In this document: piece by piece, positions 33,195 through 42,543 of the stretch | Layout of the letters: each line of letters starts with the position of its first letter | Numbering within the stretch: the stretch's first letter is position 1 | NCBI GenBank assembly: GCA_963668645.2 | Contig: CAXXWC010000010.1 | Coordinates: 64,001-128,000 of the forward strand | DNA from: Desulfobacterales bacterium | GTDB taxonomy: Bacteria; Desulfobacterota; Desulfobacteria; Desulfobacterales; UBA2174 | DNA: 64,000 nucleotides | Direction: 5' to 3' | Notes under the pieces: model-generated | The model's input: the letters and a program-made list of their open reading frames with translations, nothing else | The model's database searches: none | Told to the model about the DNA's origin: nothing | Translations under genes and position numbers: made by a program

Positions 33195-35231
33195 ATGAAC
33201 GATCGCAACCGCATCCATAACATCCGTAATATCGGGATCATGGCCCACATCGATGCGGGCAAGACCACCGTCACCGAACGGATCCTTTATTACACCGGCA
33301 AGACCTACAAGATGGGCGAGGTCCATGACGGCGCCGCGGTGATGGATTGGATGCCCGACGAGCAGGAGCGCGGGATCACCATCACCTCGGCGGTGACCAC
33401 CTGCCAGTGGAAGGGGCGCGAGATCCAGATCATCGACACCCCCGGGCATGTGGATTTCACCATCGAGGTGGAACGTTCCCTGCGGGTTCTGGACGGCGCC
33501 ATCGGCGTTTTTTGCGCCGTCGGGGGCGTCGAGCCCCAGTCCGAAACGGTCTGGCGCCAGGCCGACAAGTACCACGTGCCCAAGATCGCCTTCGTCAACA
33601 AGATGGACCGCATCGGGGCCGACTTTTTCAACACCGTCGAAATGATGCGCCAGCGCCTGCACGCCATCCCCCTGGTCCTCCAACTGCCCATCGGCAGCGA
33701 AGACCGCTTTACCGGGGTCCTCGATCTGCTGCACATGCGGGCGATCTACTGGGATGAGCAGAGTCTGGGCCAGACCTTCGTTGAAGAAGAGAACCTGCCT
33801 GCCGAACTGGCCGACAGCGCGGCCGAGCACCGCGAAAAGCTCATCGAGACCCTGGCCGAAGTGGACGACGAAATCATGGAGGCCTATCTTTCCGAGGCCC
33901 CCATCGAGATTCCGGCCCTGACGGCCGCCGTGCGGCGCGCCACCATCGACCTCAAGCTGGTGCCGGTGCTCTGCGGCAGCGCCCTGCGCAACAAGGGGAT
34001 CCAGCCGCTGCTGGACGCCATCGTGGAATACCTGCCCAGCCCGGCGGACATCCCGCCGATCCGCGGCCTACACCCCCAGACCGGCGAGCCGGTGGAATGC
34101 CCGCCCAAGGACAGCGCCCCCCTGGCGGCCCTGATCTTCAAGGTGGCCATGATGGAGGGCCGGCGCCTTTCCTTCGTACGGGTCTACAGCGGCAAGCTCA
34201 GCGCCAAGGACGAGGTCTACTGCCCCTCGCGCAACGTCAAGGAGAAGCTGGCGCGCCTGCTCAAGATGCACGCCAACAAGCGCGACCGGGTCGAAACGGT
34301 GGGCGCGGGCAGCATCGTGGGGGTCATGGGGATCAAGATCGGGGCCACCGGCGATACCCTCTGCAAACCCGATCATCCGGTGCTGCTGGAGAACATCGAG
34401 GTCTACGAGCCGGTGATCAGCATCGCCGTGGAACCCAGGACCCATGCGGACCAGGAAAAGCTCGACCAGGTGATGGAAAAGCTGCTCGCCGAGGATCCGA
34501 CCCTGCGCGTGCGCCAGGACCCGGATACCGGGCAGACCATCCTTTCGGGCATGGGCGAGCTGCACCTGGATATCGTGGTCCACCGCATGCAGCGCGAATT
34601 CACCACCCAGGTCAACGTGGGCAAGCCACAGGTGGTCTACCGCGAAAGCCTGGGCCAGCCCTGGGAGGCAAAGGCCGTTTTCGACAAGGAAATCTCCGGC
34701 CAGCGTCACCACGCAGAGGTGCGCCTGCGCCTCGAACCGCTGGCCCGCGGGGAGGGGACCCGGTTTACCGACGCCCTGGCAGCCGAAGCCCTGCCGCCCG
34801 AATTTTTGAAGGCCGTTCGAAAAGGGGTGATGGAATCTTTTGCCACCGGCCCGCTGATGGGCTATCCGATGGTGGATGTCCAGGCCACCCTCGTCGAGGC
34901 GACCTGCCGGGAGTCCAACGGATCGGAGCTGGCCTTTGCCGTGGCCGCGGCCCAGGCCTGCAACGGGGCTATGGCCGGCGGGGCCCCCTTCCTGCTCGAT
35001 CCGATCATGACGGTGGAGGTCTTCGTGCCGGAAAACCTCATCGGCGAGGTCATCGGCGACCTCAACGCCCGGGGGGGCAAGATCGAGGCCATCGAGCACC
35101 GCACCGGCGCCCAGATCGTGCGTGCCGAGGTGCCCCTGGCCAAGATGTTCGGTTACAGCACGGACCTGCGCTCGGCAACCCAGGGCCGCGGCACCTTCAC
35201 CATGCAGTTCGCCCGCTTTGACAAGGTCTGA
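33195..35231 (+). CDS. fusA: Elongation factor G paralogue (stand-alone)
   Basis: [50 protein letters not shown]; no rpsL/rpsG/tuf neighbours. Confidence 0.93.
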   Translation: MNDRNRIHNIRNIGIMAHIDAGKTTVTERILYYTGKTYKMGEVHDGAAVMDWMPDEQERGITITSAVTTCQWKGREIQIIDTPGHVDFTIEVERSLRVLDGAIGVFCAVGGVEPQSETVWRQADKYHVPKIAFVNKMDRIGADFFNTVEMMRQRLHAIPLVLQLPIGSEDRFTGVLDLLHMRAIYWDEQSLGQTFVEEENLPAELADSAAEHREKLIETLAEVDDEIMEAYLSEAPIEIPALTAAVRRATIDLKLVPVLCGSALRNKGIQPLLDAIVEYLPSPADIPPIRGLHPQTGEPVECPPKDSAPLAALIFKVAMMEGRRLSFVRVYSGKLSAKDEVYCPSRNVKEKLARLLKMHANKRDRVETVGAGSIVGVMGIKIGATGDTLCKPDHPVLLENIEVYEPVISIAVEPRTHADQEKLDQVMEKLLAEDPTLRVRQDPDTGQTILSGMGELHLDIVVHRMQREFTTQVNVGKPQVVYRESLGQPWEAKAVFDKEISGQRHHAEVRLRLEPLARGEGTRFTDALAAEALPPEFLKAVRKGVMESFATGPLMGYPMVDVQATLVEATCRESNGSELAFAVAAAQACNGAMAGGAPFLLDPIMTVEVFVPENLIGEVIGDLNARGGKIEAIEHRTGAQIVRAEVPLAKMFGYSTDLRSATQGRGTFTMQFARFDKV

Positions 35232-35242
35232 AACAAGTTTAG

Positions 35243-35809
35243 ATGAGCAGAAACCCGCTGATCATCGTGGCCCTTGGGGACAGCCTCACTGAGGGGTTCG
35301 GCGTCGGCCCCGGCGATGCCTATCCCTTTGTCCTGCAACGGCTGCTGCAGTCCGAAGGAATCGTTTGCCGGCTGATCAACGCCGGGGTCAGCGGGGATAC
35401 CTGCCGCAACCTGGCGGCCCGGCTGGAAGCCGTTTTCCGGTGGGCGCCGGATTTGGTGATTCTGGAAATCGGGGTCAACGACCTGCTCATGGGCCGGTCG
35501 GTGGAAACGATCCGCAGGGACTTGGGCGCCATCCTCGAAAAGCTCCTGGCCCGCGAGATCCCGGTGGCTCTGGCCGGCATGCAGGCCCCTCCCCTGGGCG
35601 ATCCGCAGACCGAGGCCGCTTTTGCCACCCTGTACTCCGCAACGGCGGAAAGCTTCAAGATTCCTTTGATCCGTGATTTTGCCGACCCCTTGTGGGCCGC
35701 ACCCGGGCGGGTACAGTACGATGGACTTCACCCCAACGCCGAGGGCTACCGGGCCATCTGCACGCAGATTCTGGCGGAAATAATGGAGATCATTAACCGT
35801 TTAGCGTAA
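35243..35809 (+). CDS. GDSL/SGNH arylesterase (TesA-like)
   Basis: LGDSLT, NAGVSGDT, G.ND, DGLHPN. Confidence 0.9.
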   Translation: MSRNPLIIVALGDSLTEGFGVGPGDAYPFVLQRLLQSEGIVCRLINAGVSGDTCRNLAARLEAVFRWAPDLVILEIGVNDLLMGRSVETIRRDLGAILEKLLAREIPVALAGMQAPPLGDPQTEAAFATLYSATAESFKIPLIRDFADPLWAAPGRVQYDGLHPNAEGYRAICTQILAEIMEIINRLA

Positions 35810-35826
35810 CCCTTTGAGGATTGGCC

Positions 35827-37188
35827 ATGTCCCGTCGATTCCCCTTTTCGGGCCTGTTGCTGGTCGTCACCTTGATCATGACCGGCTGCGGCGCCTCCGC
35901 CGGTCGTTTTCAGCCCGCAGCCGGATGGGATGGCCTGCAACGGATCGCTCCAGCATATCCAGCGACCGTTTTTGCCGTTTTTTCCGACCCGCACCTCTAC
36001 GACGCCGGGTTAGGCGTCACGGGCGAAGCCTATCAGGCCTACCTGAGACATGACCGCAAGCTTCTGGCCGAAAGCGGGCTGCTGATGGATGCCGTACTGG
36101 CGCGCATCGAAGCGGCGCCGGTGGATTTTGTGATCGTTTGCGGGGACCTGACCAAGGACGGTGAAGAGCACAACCACCGCCTGGCCGCTGAAAAACTCGA
36201 ACGTTTGGCGGCCAGGGGCAAAAAGGTCTTCGTAGTGCCGGGCAACCACGACATCGCCAACCGGGACGCGGTCCGTTATACGGGCGAAGTCAGCGAACCG
36301 GTGCCGACCATTACCGGAGATCGGTTTGCCGAGATTTACCGCCGTTTCGGCTATGGTGCGGCCCTGGCACACGACCCGGCGTCCCTGAGCTATATCGCCG
36401 AGCCGGTGGAAGGTCTCTGGCTGCTGGCCCTCGATTCGTGCCGCTGGCAAGAACAAGGGCAAAGAGAGGATCCGATCACCGCCGGCGCCCTTTCCCCCGC
36501 CACCCGCCGCTGGATCGAAAGCATGCTGCGCCAGGCCAAATTATCCCGCAAAGCCGTGATCGCCGTGGCCCATCACGGGGTTCTGGAGCACTATCCCCAC
36601 AACGGCCGGTTTTACGGCCAATACCTGGTGCACGACCACCAAAACGTCGCCGCCATGCTGGCGGCCTACGGCGTCGAACTGATCTTCACCGGACATTTCC
36701 ATGCCCAGGACGTCACGGCCCGGCATTTCGGCGATTGGCAACGCACCTTATACGATATCGAAACCGGATCCATCGTAACCGCCCCCTGCCCGTACCGCAT
36801 CGTGCGCATCGGCGCCGACCAGAAGGCCCATATCGAAAGCCGCTTCATTACCGCCATCGAAGGGCGCGAAACCGATTTTCAAGCCTACGCCGCGGAGTAT
36901 GTCTACCAGGGGACGATCCGCCTGGCCGACACGGCCCTGGCCAAATACGGCGTCACGGGCCAAGACCGGGACCGGCTCGCACCCCAGATCTCCCGCGCCT
37001 ACGCGACCCACCTCAGGGGCGACGAGGCAAGGCCGCAAAAGATGCTCAACCCGGCAGGCTGCGGCTGGTGGACGCGCCTGGTGGTCAAATTCCAGCGGGA
37101 TCTCATCGAGGGGTGGTACACCGACCTGCCGCCGGCGGACAACCATCTGACCATCGATCTGGCCCCCGGGCCGGCGGCCGCCCCCTGA
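35827..37188 (+). CDS. Calcineurin-like metallophosphoesterase, predicted lipoprotein
   Basis: Lipobox-like IMTGC; SDPH, GDLTKDG, PGNHD, HH, TGHFHAQD. Confidence 0.85.
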   Translation: MSRRFPFSGLLLVVTLIMTGCGASAGRFQPAAGWDGLQRIAPAYPATVFAVFSDPHLYDAGLGVTGEAYQAYLRHDRKLLAESGLLMDAVLARIEAAPVDFVIVCGDLTKDGEEHNHRLAAEKLERLAARGKKVFVVPGNHDIANRDAVRYTGEVSEPVPTITGDRFAEIYRRFGYGAALAHDPASLSYIAEPVEGLWLLALDSCRWQEQGQREDPITAGALSPATRRWIESMLRQAKLSRKAVIAVAHHGVLEHYPHNGRFYGQYLVHDHQNVAAMLAAYGVELIFTGHFHAQDVTARHFGDWQRTLYDIETGSIVTAPCPYRIVRIGADQKAHIESRFITAIEGRETDFQAYAAEYVYQGTIRLADTALAKYGVTGQDRDRLAPQISRAYATHLRGDEARPQKMLNPAGCGWWTRLVVKFQRDLIEGWYTDLPPADNHLTIDLAPGPAAAP

Positions 37189-37261
37189 CCATGGACCGCC
37201 CCGGCATGCCGATTTTACCGATCCGTTGCCAAAAGGCCCCTTCCTGCGATAAGGCCGCAGC

Positions 37262-38224
37262 ATGACGCACGCCATGGCAGATCGGCTGGCTGATATTTTC
37301 GGTCCGGCCCTGAAAAAGTCGGCCCCGCTGGCCCCCTATACCTGGATGCGCGTCGGGGGGCCGGCCGAATACCTGCTCGAAGCCCGGGGCATGGGCCAGA
37401 TCGTGCGGGCCCACGCCTTTTGCCGGCAGCACGGGCTGCCCTTCGTGCTGCTCGGCGGGGGGAGCAACGTGGTCATCGACGACGCCGGCCTGGCCGGGCT
37501 GGTGGTGGTCAACCGGGCCGCCTACCTGCGCTGGCATCCGGCCGAACGCCAGGTGACGGTGGGCGCCGGTTTTGATCTGGACCGTCTCGTGACCCGGGTT
37601 TCGGCCCTGGGATGGGGCGATCTGAGCTATGCCGCCGGCATTCCCGGCACGGTGGGCGGGGGCCTGGTGGGCGGGGCCGGCGCCTATGGCCGCCTGCTGG
37701 CCGAGATGGTGGCCTCGGCCCGCGTGCTGCGCGCCGACGGATCTCTGGTCCGGATGCCGGTGGCCGGGCTGGGCGTCAGCTATCGGCACAGCGAGGCCAT
37801 GGAACGCGCCGATCTTGTCCTGGCCGTCACCTGCGGCCCCTTTACCCGCACCGACCCATCCGGACTGGCGGCGCGCATCGCTGATATCAAGGTCGATCGC
37901 GCCGGCAAGCATCCGCCCCAGCAGCTTCCCTGCGCCGGCTCGTTTTTCAAGAATCTGCCCCCGCCCGCCCCCGGGGCCCGGCGCCTGGCAGCCGGCCGCA
38001 TCCTGGACGAATGCGGGGCCAAACAACTTCGCCAGGGCGGGGCCGCCGTTTTCGCCCGCCATGCCAACATCATCGTCAACACGGGCGCGGCCACGGCCGC
38101 CGACATCCACCGCCTGGCGGAACGGATGGCGGCCCTGGTCTACGACCGGCGCGGTATCGTGCTGGAGCGTGAGGTCCGATTTTTGGCCAATCGCTCCGGG
38201 GCTGAAACCGCCGCAACCGGCTGA
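37262..38224 (+). CDS. murB: UDP-N-acetylmuramate dehydrogenase
   Basis: VGGPA, LGGGSN, GIPGTVGG, YRHS, AGSFFKN, HAN, LEREV. Confidence 0.9.
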   Translation: MTHAMADRLADIFGPALKKSAPLAPYTWMRVGGPAEYLLEARGMGQIVRAHAFCRQHGLPFVLLGGGSNVVIDDAGLAGLVVVNRAAYLRWHPAERQVTVGAGFDLDRLVTRVSALGWGDLSYAAGIPGTVGGGLVGGAGAYGRLLAEMVASARVLRADGSLVRMPVAGLGVSYRHSEAMERADLVLAVTCGPFTRTDPSGLAARIADIKVDRAGKHPPQQLPCAGSFFKNLPPPAPGARRLAAGRILDECGAKQLRQGGAAVFARHANIIVNTGAATAADIHRLAERMAALVYDRRGIVLEREVRFLANRSGAETAATG

Positions 38225-38241
38225 AAAGGAAAGCGCGAACC

Positions 38242-38631
38242 ATGACAGAAGACCGATTTGAAGCGATACTGACCCCCGAAGTATTGGAACGGATCTTTCC
38301 GCCCGGGCGGGCCGACGCTTTTTTCGAGGCGCTTTACGGCGACGTTCAGGAAGGGGCCTACGATATCCGGCTGGTTTACCTCGGACGGTCGGACGGGGAG
38401 CTCCAATTGGGCTTTGAACTGCACCAGCGGCCGGGTAAATGTCTCGCCTGCCATCTGACCCACGGCCTGCCCACCGTATTCGGCCGGCATCCGTTGATCG
38501 GCATCCCCGGGGTGGTCAAGGCCGTTGCCGATCTGGTGGACCCGGCCCCCTCGGAAAGGACCTGGCGTCTCGGAGCCACCCGTGAAGTGCGCCACGGACT
38601 GCACGTGGTTCCGCTTTCCATCCGCATGTAA
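38242..38631 (+). CDS. Conserved hypothetical CxxC protein
   Basis: FFEALYGD..EGAYDI, RPGKCLAC.LT.GLP.VF.RHP; AAAGGA RBS. Confidence 0.75.
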   Translation: MTEDRFEAILTPEVLERIFPPGRADAFFEALYGDVQEGAYDIRLVYLGRSDGELQLGFELHQRPGKCLACHLTHGLPTVFGRHPLIGIPGVVKAVADLVDPAPSERTWRLGATREVRHGLHVVPLSIRM

Positions 38632-38642
38632 AGGAGCAGCCG

Positions 38643-38840
38643 ATGAACCCATCATCATCAGCAAGAGGGCAAGGCCGGGGGGGAAGAGGCCGCGGAAAAG
38701 GGTCCGGACGCGGCGGCGGCCAGGGGCAGGCGGGCGACTGCGTGTGCCCCCAGTGCGGGCACACCGAACCCCACCAGCGCGGTGTCCCCTGCTTCAATCA
38801 GAGCTGCCCCAAATGCGGCACCGCCATGACCCGCCAGTGA
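38643..38840 (+). CDS. Small Gly-rich protein with double zinc-ribbon-like Cys motif
   Basis: GRGGRGRG...CVCPQCG....HQRGVPC....CPKCG; AAGGAG RBS. Confidence 0.75.
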   Translation: MNPSSSARGQGRGGRGRGKGSGRGGGQGQAGDCVCPQCGHTEPHQRGVPCFNQSCPKCGTAMTRQ

Positions 38841-38853
38841 ACCGGCTGCCTCG

Positions 38854-39768
38854 ATGAAAACCGCCCTGGATTGCATTCCCTGCCTGGTGCGCCAGAGCCT
38901 GGAGGCAGCCCGCCGGGTAACGGCCGAGCCCGCGGCCCAGGAGCGGATCCTGCGCGAGGTGCTCGGCTGGACCGCCGCCATGGATCTTTGCGCGCCGCCC
39001 CCCCTTTTGGCCCAACGCATCCATCGACACCTGCGCCGGATCGGCGGCGGAACCGACCCCTACCAGACAGTCAAAGCGGCCCACAACCGGCTGGCGGCAG
39101 GTCTCATGCCTGAATTGCGCCGCCGAATGACCGCCGCGCCCGACCCGCTCTATCTGGCTTTGCGCCTGGCCATCGCCGGCAATGCCATCGACCTGGGAGC
39201 CCCGGTGGAGACCGACGACAAAGCGGTGCGCGCCGCCTTGGCCAACGCCCTGGAGGACCCCTTTGCCGGCGACATGGAAGACTTCCGCCGCGCGGTGGCC
39301 CGTGGCGGCCGGATCCTCTACCTGGCCGACAATGCCGGGGAGATCTTTTTCGATCGCCTGCTCGTGGAGCAGCTGGCCCCGGCGCAGGTGACGATGGCGG
39401 TGCGCGGCGCGCCGGTGCTCAACGACGCCACCCTGACCGACGCCCGTGAGGCGGGCATCGAGGCCGTGGCCGAAGTGATCCAGAACGGCTCTGACGCCCC
39501 GGGCACGATCCTGGACGATTGCAGTGCCCCCTTCCGGCACTGCTTCGCAACGGCCGACCTGATCATCGCCAAGGGCCAGGGCAACTTTGAAACCCTCAGC
39601 GACACCTGCGGGCCGATCTATTTTCTTTTCAAGGTCAAATGCCCGGTGATCGCCGAACATGCCGGGTTTGCCATCGGCACCCATGTGCTCGCCGGCGCGG
39701 CCGTTGCACCGAAACCGCCCCCGAACTGCGCAATCGATACTGAAAAGGACGCCCATGAACGCCCCTGA
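38854..39768 (+). CDS. DUF89/ARMT1-like damage-control phosphatase
   Basis: DCIPC, DPY, AIAGNAID, YLADNAGEI.FD, LNDAT, AKGQGNFETL, KVKC. Confidence 0.9.
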   Translation: MKTALDCIPCLVRQSLEAARRVTAEPAAQERILREVLGWTAAMDLCAPPPLLAQRIHRHLRRIGGGTDPYQTVKAAHNRLAAGLMPELRRRMTAAPDPLYLALRLAIAGNAIDLGAPVETDDKAVRAALANALEDPFAGDMEDFRRAVARGGRILYLADNAGEIFFDRLLVEQLAPAQVTMAVRGAPVLNDATLTDAREAGIEAVAEVIQNGSDAPGTILDDCSAPFRHCFATADLIIAKGQGNFETLSDTCGPIYFLFKVKCPVIAEHAGFAIGTHVLAGAAVAPKPPPNCAIDTEKDAHERP

Positions 39769-40594
39769 AGTCAAAATCACGATCCTGGTCGACAACCAGG
39801 CTGCCGCCCCCGGCCTGGCGGTGGAACACGGATTCGCCCTCTGGATCGAGGCCGGCAATCGTCCCATCCTCTTCGACACCGGCCAGGGACAGGCCCTGGC
39901 GCCCAATGCCGAGGCCCTGGGAGTCGATCTGGCCGCGGCTGAGGTCCTGGTGCTCAGCCACGGCCATTTCGACCACACCGGTGCGGTTGACCAAGTGCTG
40001 GCGGCGGCCGGCGCCTGCAAGATCTACGCGCATCCGGAGTTCGCCCGGCCCCGCTATGCCGTGCGCGAAGGCGTTGCCAGAAAAATCGGCATCCCGCCCC
40101 AGTCCCTGGAGGCCATCGAAAAATTGGCGCCGCAACGCCGTGTCCGGGTATCCGGGCCGCTGCGGCTTGCCGAAAACATCGGGCTGACCGGGCCCATCGC
40201 ACGCCGCACGGCCTACGAGGATACCGGGGGACCTTTTTTCCTCGATGACCGGGGACGGGACCCCGATCCCATCGAGGACGATCTGGCCCTGTGGATCGAC
40301 ACCCCCGGGGGGCTGGTGGTCTGCACCGGCTGCTGCCATGCCGGGCTGGTCAACACCTTGGAGCAGGTGCGGCGACTGAACGACCGAAAGCCGATCCGTG
40401 CCGTTATCGGCGGGTTTCATCTGGTGGCGGCCGGCAGCGAACGGCTCTCGCGAACCATTGAGGTGCTAAAGGCCCTGGATCCCGGCCTGGTGGCCCCGTG
40501 CCACTGTACCGGAGAGCGGGCCATGGACGTATTGCAGCAGGCGATGCCCGAGAAGGTCAAGCCGGGAGCGGCCGGAATGATTTACCGCTTTTAA
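39755..40594 (+). CDS. MBL-fold metallo-hydrolase (dihydropteroate-synthase-like MBL subgroup)
   Basis: EHG, LFDTG, LSHGHFDHTG, TGCCHAG, IGGFHL, PCHCTG. Confidence 0.88.
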   Translation: MNAPEVKITILVDNQAAAPGLAVEHGFALWIEAGNRPILFDTGQGQALAPNAEALGVDLAAAEVLVLSHGHFDHTGAVDQVLAAAGACKIYAHPEFARPRYAVREGVARKIGIPPQSLEAIEKLAPQRRVRVSGPLRLAENIGLTGPIARRTAYEDTGGPFFLDDRGRDPDPIEDDLALWIDTPGGLVVCTGCCHAGLVNTLEQVRRLNDRKPIRAVIGGFHLVAAGSERLSRTIEVLKALDPGLVAPCHCTGERAMDVLQQAMPEKVKPGAAGMIYRF

Positions 40595-40742
40595 GCCCTG
40601 CTTTTTTCAGGACACGGATCGGCCAACGGTGTTATGCTGGCTTACGTTCGGCCCCCAAAAGGCCCTGGCGTGAGTATTTTTCTGCAATGGCCCCGCGGCA
40701 TCCCGGATGCATAGCCGGGCCGGTGAGGAAAGGAAGCGAGAC

Positions 40743-41567
40743 ATGGATATTTCCCAGCTTGAAGAGATCCCGCCGTGGGAATGGCCCGAAGATGCCCATG
40801 AGGCGATCCTGGCGGTTCTCAAAGACAAAAATGCCGGTACCGAGGATCGCATGCTGGCCGCCTACCTGGGCGGCGACACCTCCGTGGTGAACGACGAACT
40901 GGCCCAGGCCCTGATCGCAACAGTTGCCGATCCGGCCGCCGCCGAATTGTTGCGGGCCCAGGCAGCCATTGCCCTCGGACCCGCGCTGGAGCATGCCGAC
41001 ATCATGGGCTTCGATGATACGGATGAGATTCTGATCGGGGAAGACCTCTTCGAGCAGATCCAAAAACAGCTCCAAAGCCTGTTCCAGGACGAGAGCACGC
41101 CCAAAGAGGTCCGCCGGCGGGTGCTGGAAGCTTCGGTGCGGGCGCCCATGGGCTGGCACGCCAAGGCGATTCGGCAAGCCTTTGACTCCGGCGACGAACA
41201 GTGGCGGCTGACCGCGGTTTTCGGCATGCAGTACATCGAAGGCTTCGAGGCCGAAATCCTGGCCTCCCTCGACGATCCGGACCCGGAAGTCCACCTGGAG
41301 GCGGTCACAGCGGCCGGAAACTGGGAGCTGGATGCCGCCTGGGACCAGATCGCCGCGCTGGTCCGCGACGAAGCCACCGACAAGGACCTGCGCCTGGCGG
41401 CCATCGACGCGGTCGCAACGATCCGGCCCGAGCAGGCGGATTCGGTTTACGACGGCCTTTTGGACCATGACGACCCGGAGATCGTCGAGGCGGTGACCGA
41501 GGCGCTGGCCATGGTCGAGGCGATCCTGGAAGACATCCAGGACCCGCCGGAGGAAGACGGAGACTGA
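40743..41567 (+). CDS. Acidic HEAT-repeat protein
   Basis: Repeated LxD.D..VR..A..A helical pattern; very Asp/Glu-rich. Confidence 0.75.
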   Translation: MDISQLEEIPPWEWPEDAHEAILAVLKDKNAGTEDRMLAAYLGGDTSVVNDELAQALIATVADPAAAELLRAQAAIALGPALEHADIMGFDDTDEILIGEDLFEQIQKQLQSLFQDESTPKEVRRRVLEASVRAPMGWHAKAIRQAFDSGDEQWRLTAVFGMQYIEGFEAEILASLDDPDPEVHLEAVTAAGNWELDAAWDQIAALVRDEATDKDLRLAAIDAVATIRPEQADSVYDGLLDHDDPEIVEAVTEALAMVEAILEDIQDPPEEDGD

Positions 41568-41571
41568 TCGA

Positions 41572-42297
41572 TCAAACCGTGGACGTCGCCAGAAGGGCCA
41601 TTGCTCCGGCGGCGTCTTCGGCCAGGCGGGCAAATCGGGTGACGCCGACGGTCTCGAAAATCATGCGGAAATTGTTCGAAAGGCCGCTGATCACGATTCG
41701 GGGCTGAGTTCGGCTCAACGGCTCCAGGGTACGGATCAGCAAGGCGATACCGGTTCCGTCGATGGTCGTTTTGAGGTCGAAATCGATGACGATACCTTTG
41801 AGTGGGGTTTGCCCCAGGGCGCCGACAGCCTCGGCAAAACCAGCCCGGTACTCGCCGGTCAGGCTCCCGTGAATCCGGATGACGCCGATCTGCCCGTCGA
41901 TGCCCGCCTCGATGGAAGCCCCTGACGCCGCCCCGGCTGCCAGGCGCGCCCCGGCCCGTGCCAGAGCCGCTTCAAGGGCATGGCGGCTGATTGGCTTGTT
42001 GATAAAATCGGTGGCCCCCAGATTGAGGGCCTGAACGACCAGATCCATGTCACCATGCCCGGTGATGACGATCACCTCCGTTGCCGGGGCGCTCTTTTTG
42101 ATCTGCCTGAGGACTTCGAAACCGTCCATCTCGGGCATTTTCAGGTCGGTAAAAACGATGGGAGGATCTTCCGCAGCCACCAGATCGAGTCCGGCACGAC
42201 CATCCTCAGCCACCAAGACTTCGTACCCGCGAACCTTCAAGACAAGACAAAACATGGTCAGGGTCGGTTTTTCATCATCGATGACCAGGACTTTCAT
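41572..42297 (-). CDS. Response regulator with C-terminal STAS (anti-sigma antagonist-like) domain
   Basis: VIDDE, TDLKMP.MDG, ITGHG, NKP; then IHGSL...IVIDF....IDGTGIALLI...GLS..F..IFE.VG. Confidence 0.85.
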   Translation of the reverse strand: MKVLVIDDEKPTLTMFCLVLKVRGYEVLVAEDGRAGLDLVAAEDPPIVFTDLKMPEMDGFEVLRQIKKSAPATEVIVITGHGDMDLVVQALNLGATDFINKPISRHALEAALARAGARLAAGAASGASIEAGIDGQIGVIRIHGSLTGEYRAGFAEAVGALGQTPLKGIVIDFDLKTTIDGTGIALLIRTLEPLSRTQPRIVISGLSNNFRMIFETVGVTRFARLAEDAAGAMALLATSTV

Positions 42298-42543
42298 GAC
42301 CGCTCTCCTTTCTCGCGCCCCCGCTTCCCCACCGATGGCCTTTGTCCGGGAAACGGATTGAATACAGCATGTTGGACGCCAAAACTCAAGCGGTTTTCAG
42401 TGGCCGATGATTCTGGTATGCTTGAATCCGTCCACCCCGCTGTAATGTCACGCACCCGGTTCGACCCCTCGCCGGCCCCGATACTTAAGCAGGGCCGTGC
42501 ACGCTGCGGGCTGCCGGGATCCAAGTAAACCGTGGGCGCCGAC

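Noticed and set aside
38440..38456. CLACH as a c-type haem motif
   Set aside because: The protein has no signal peptide or TM anchor; a cytoplasmic CxxC metal site is more likely.
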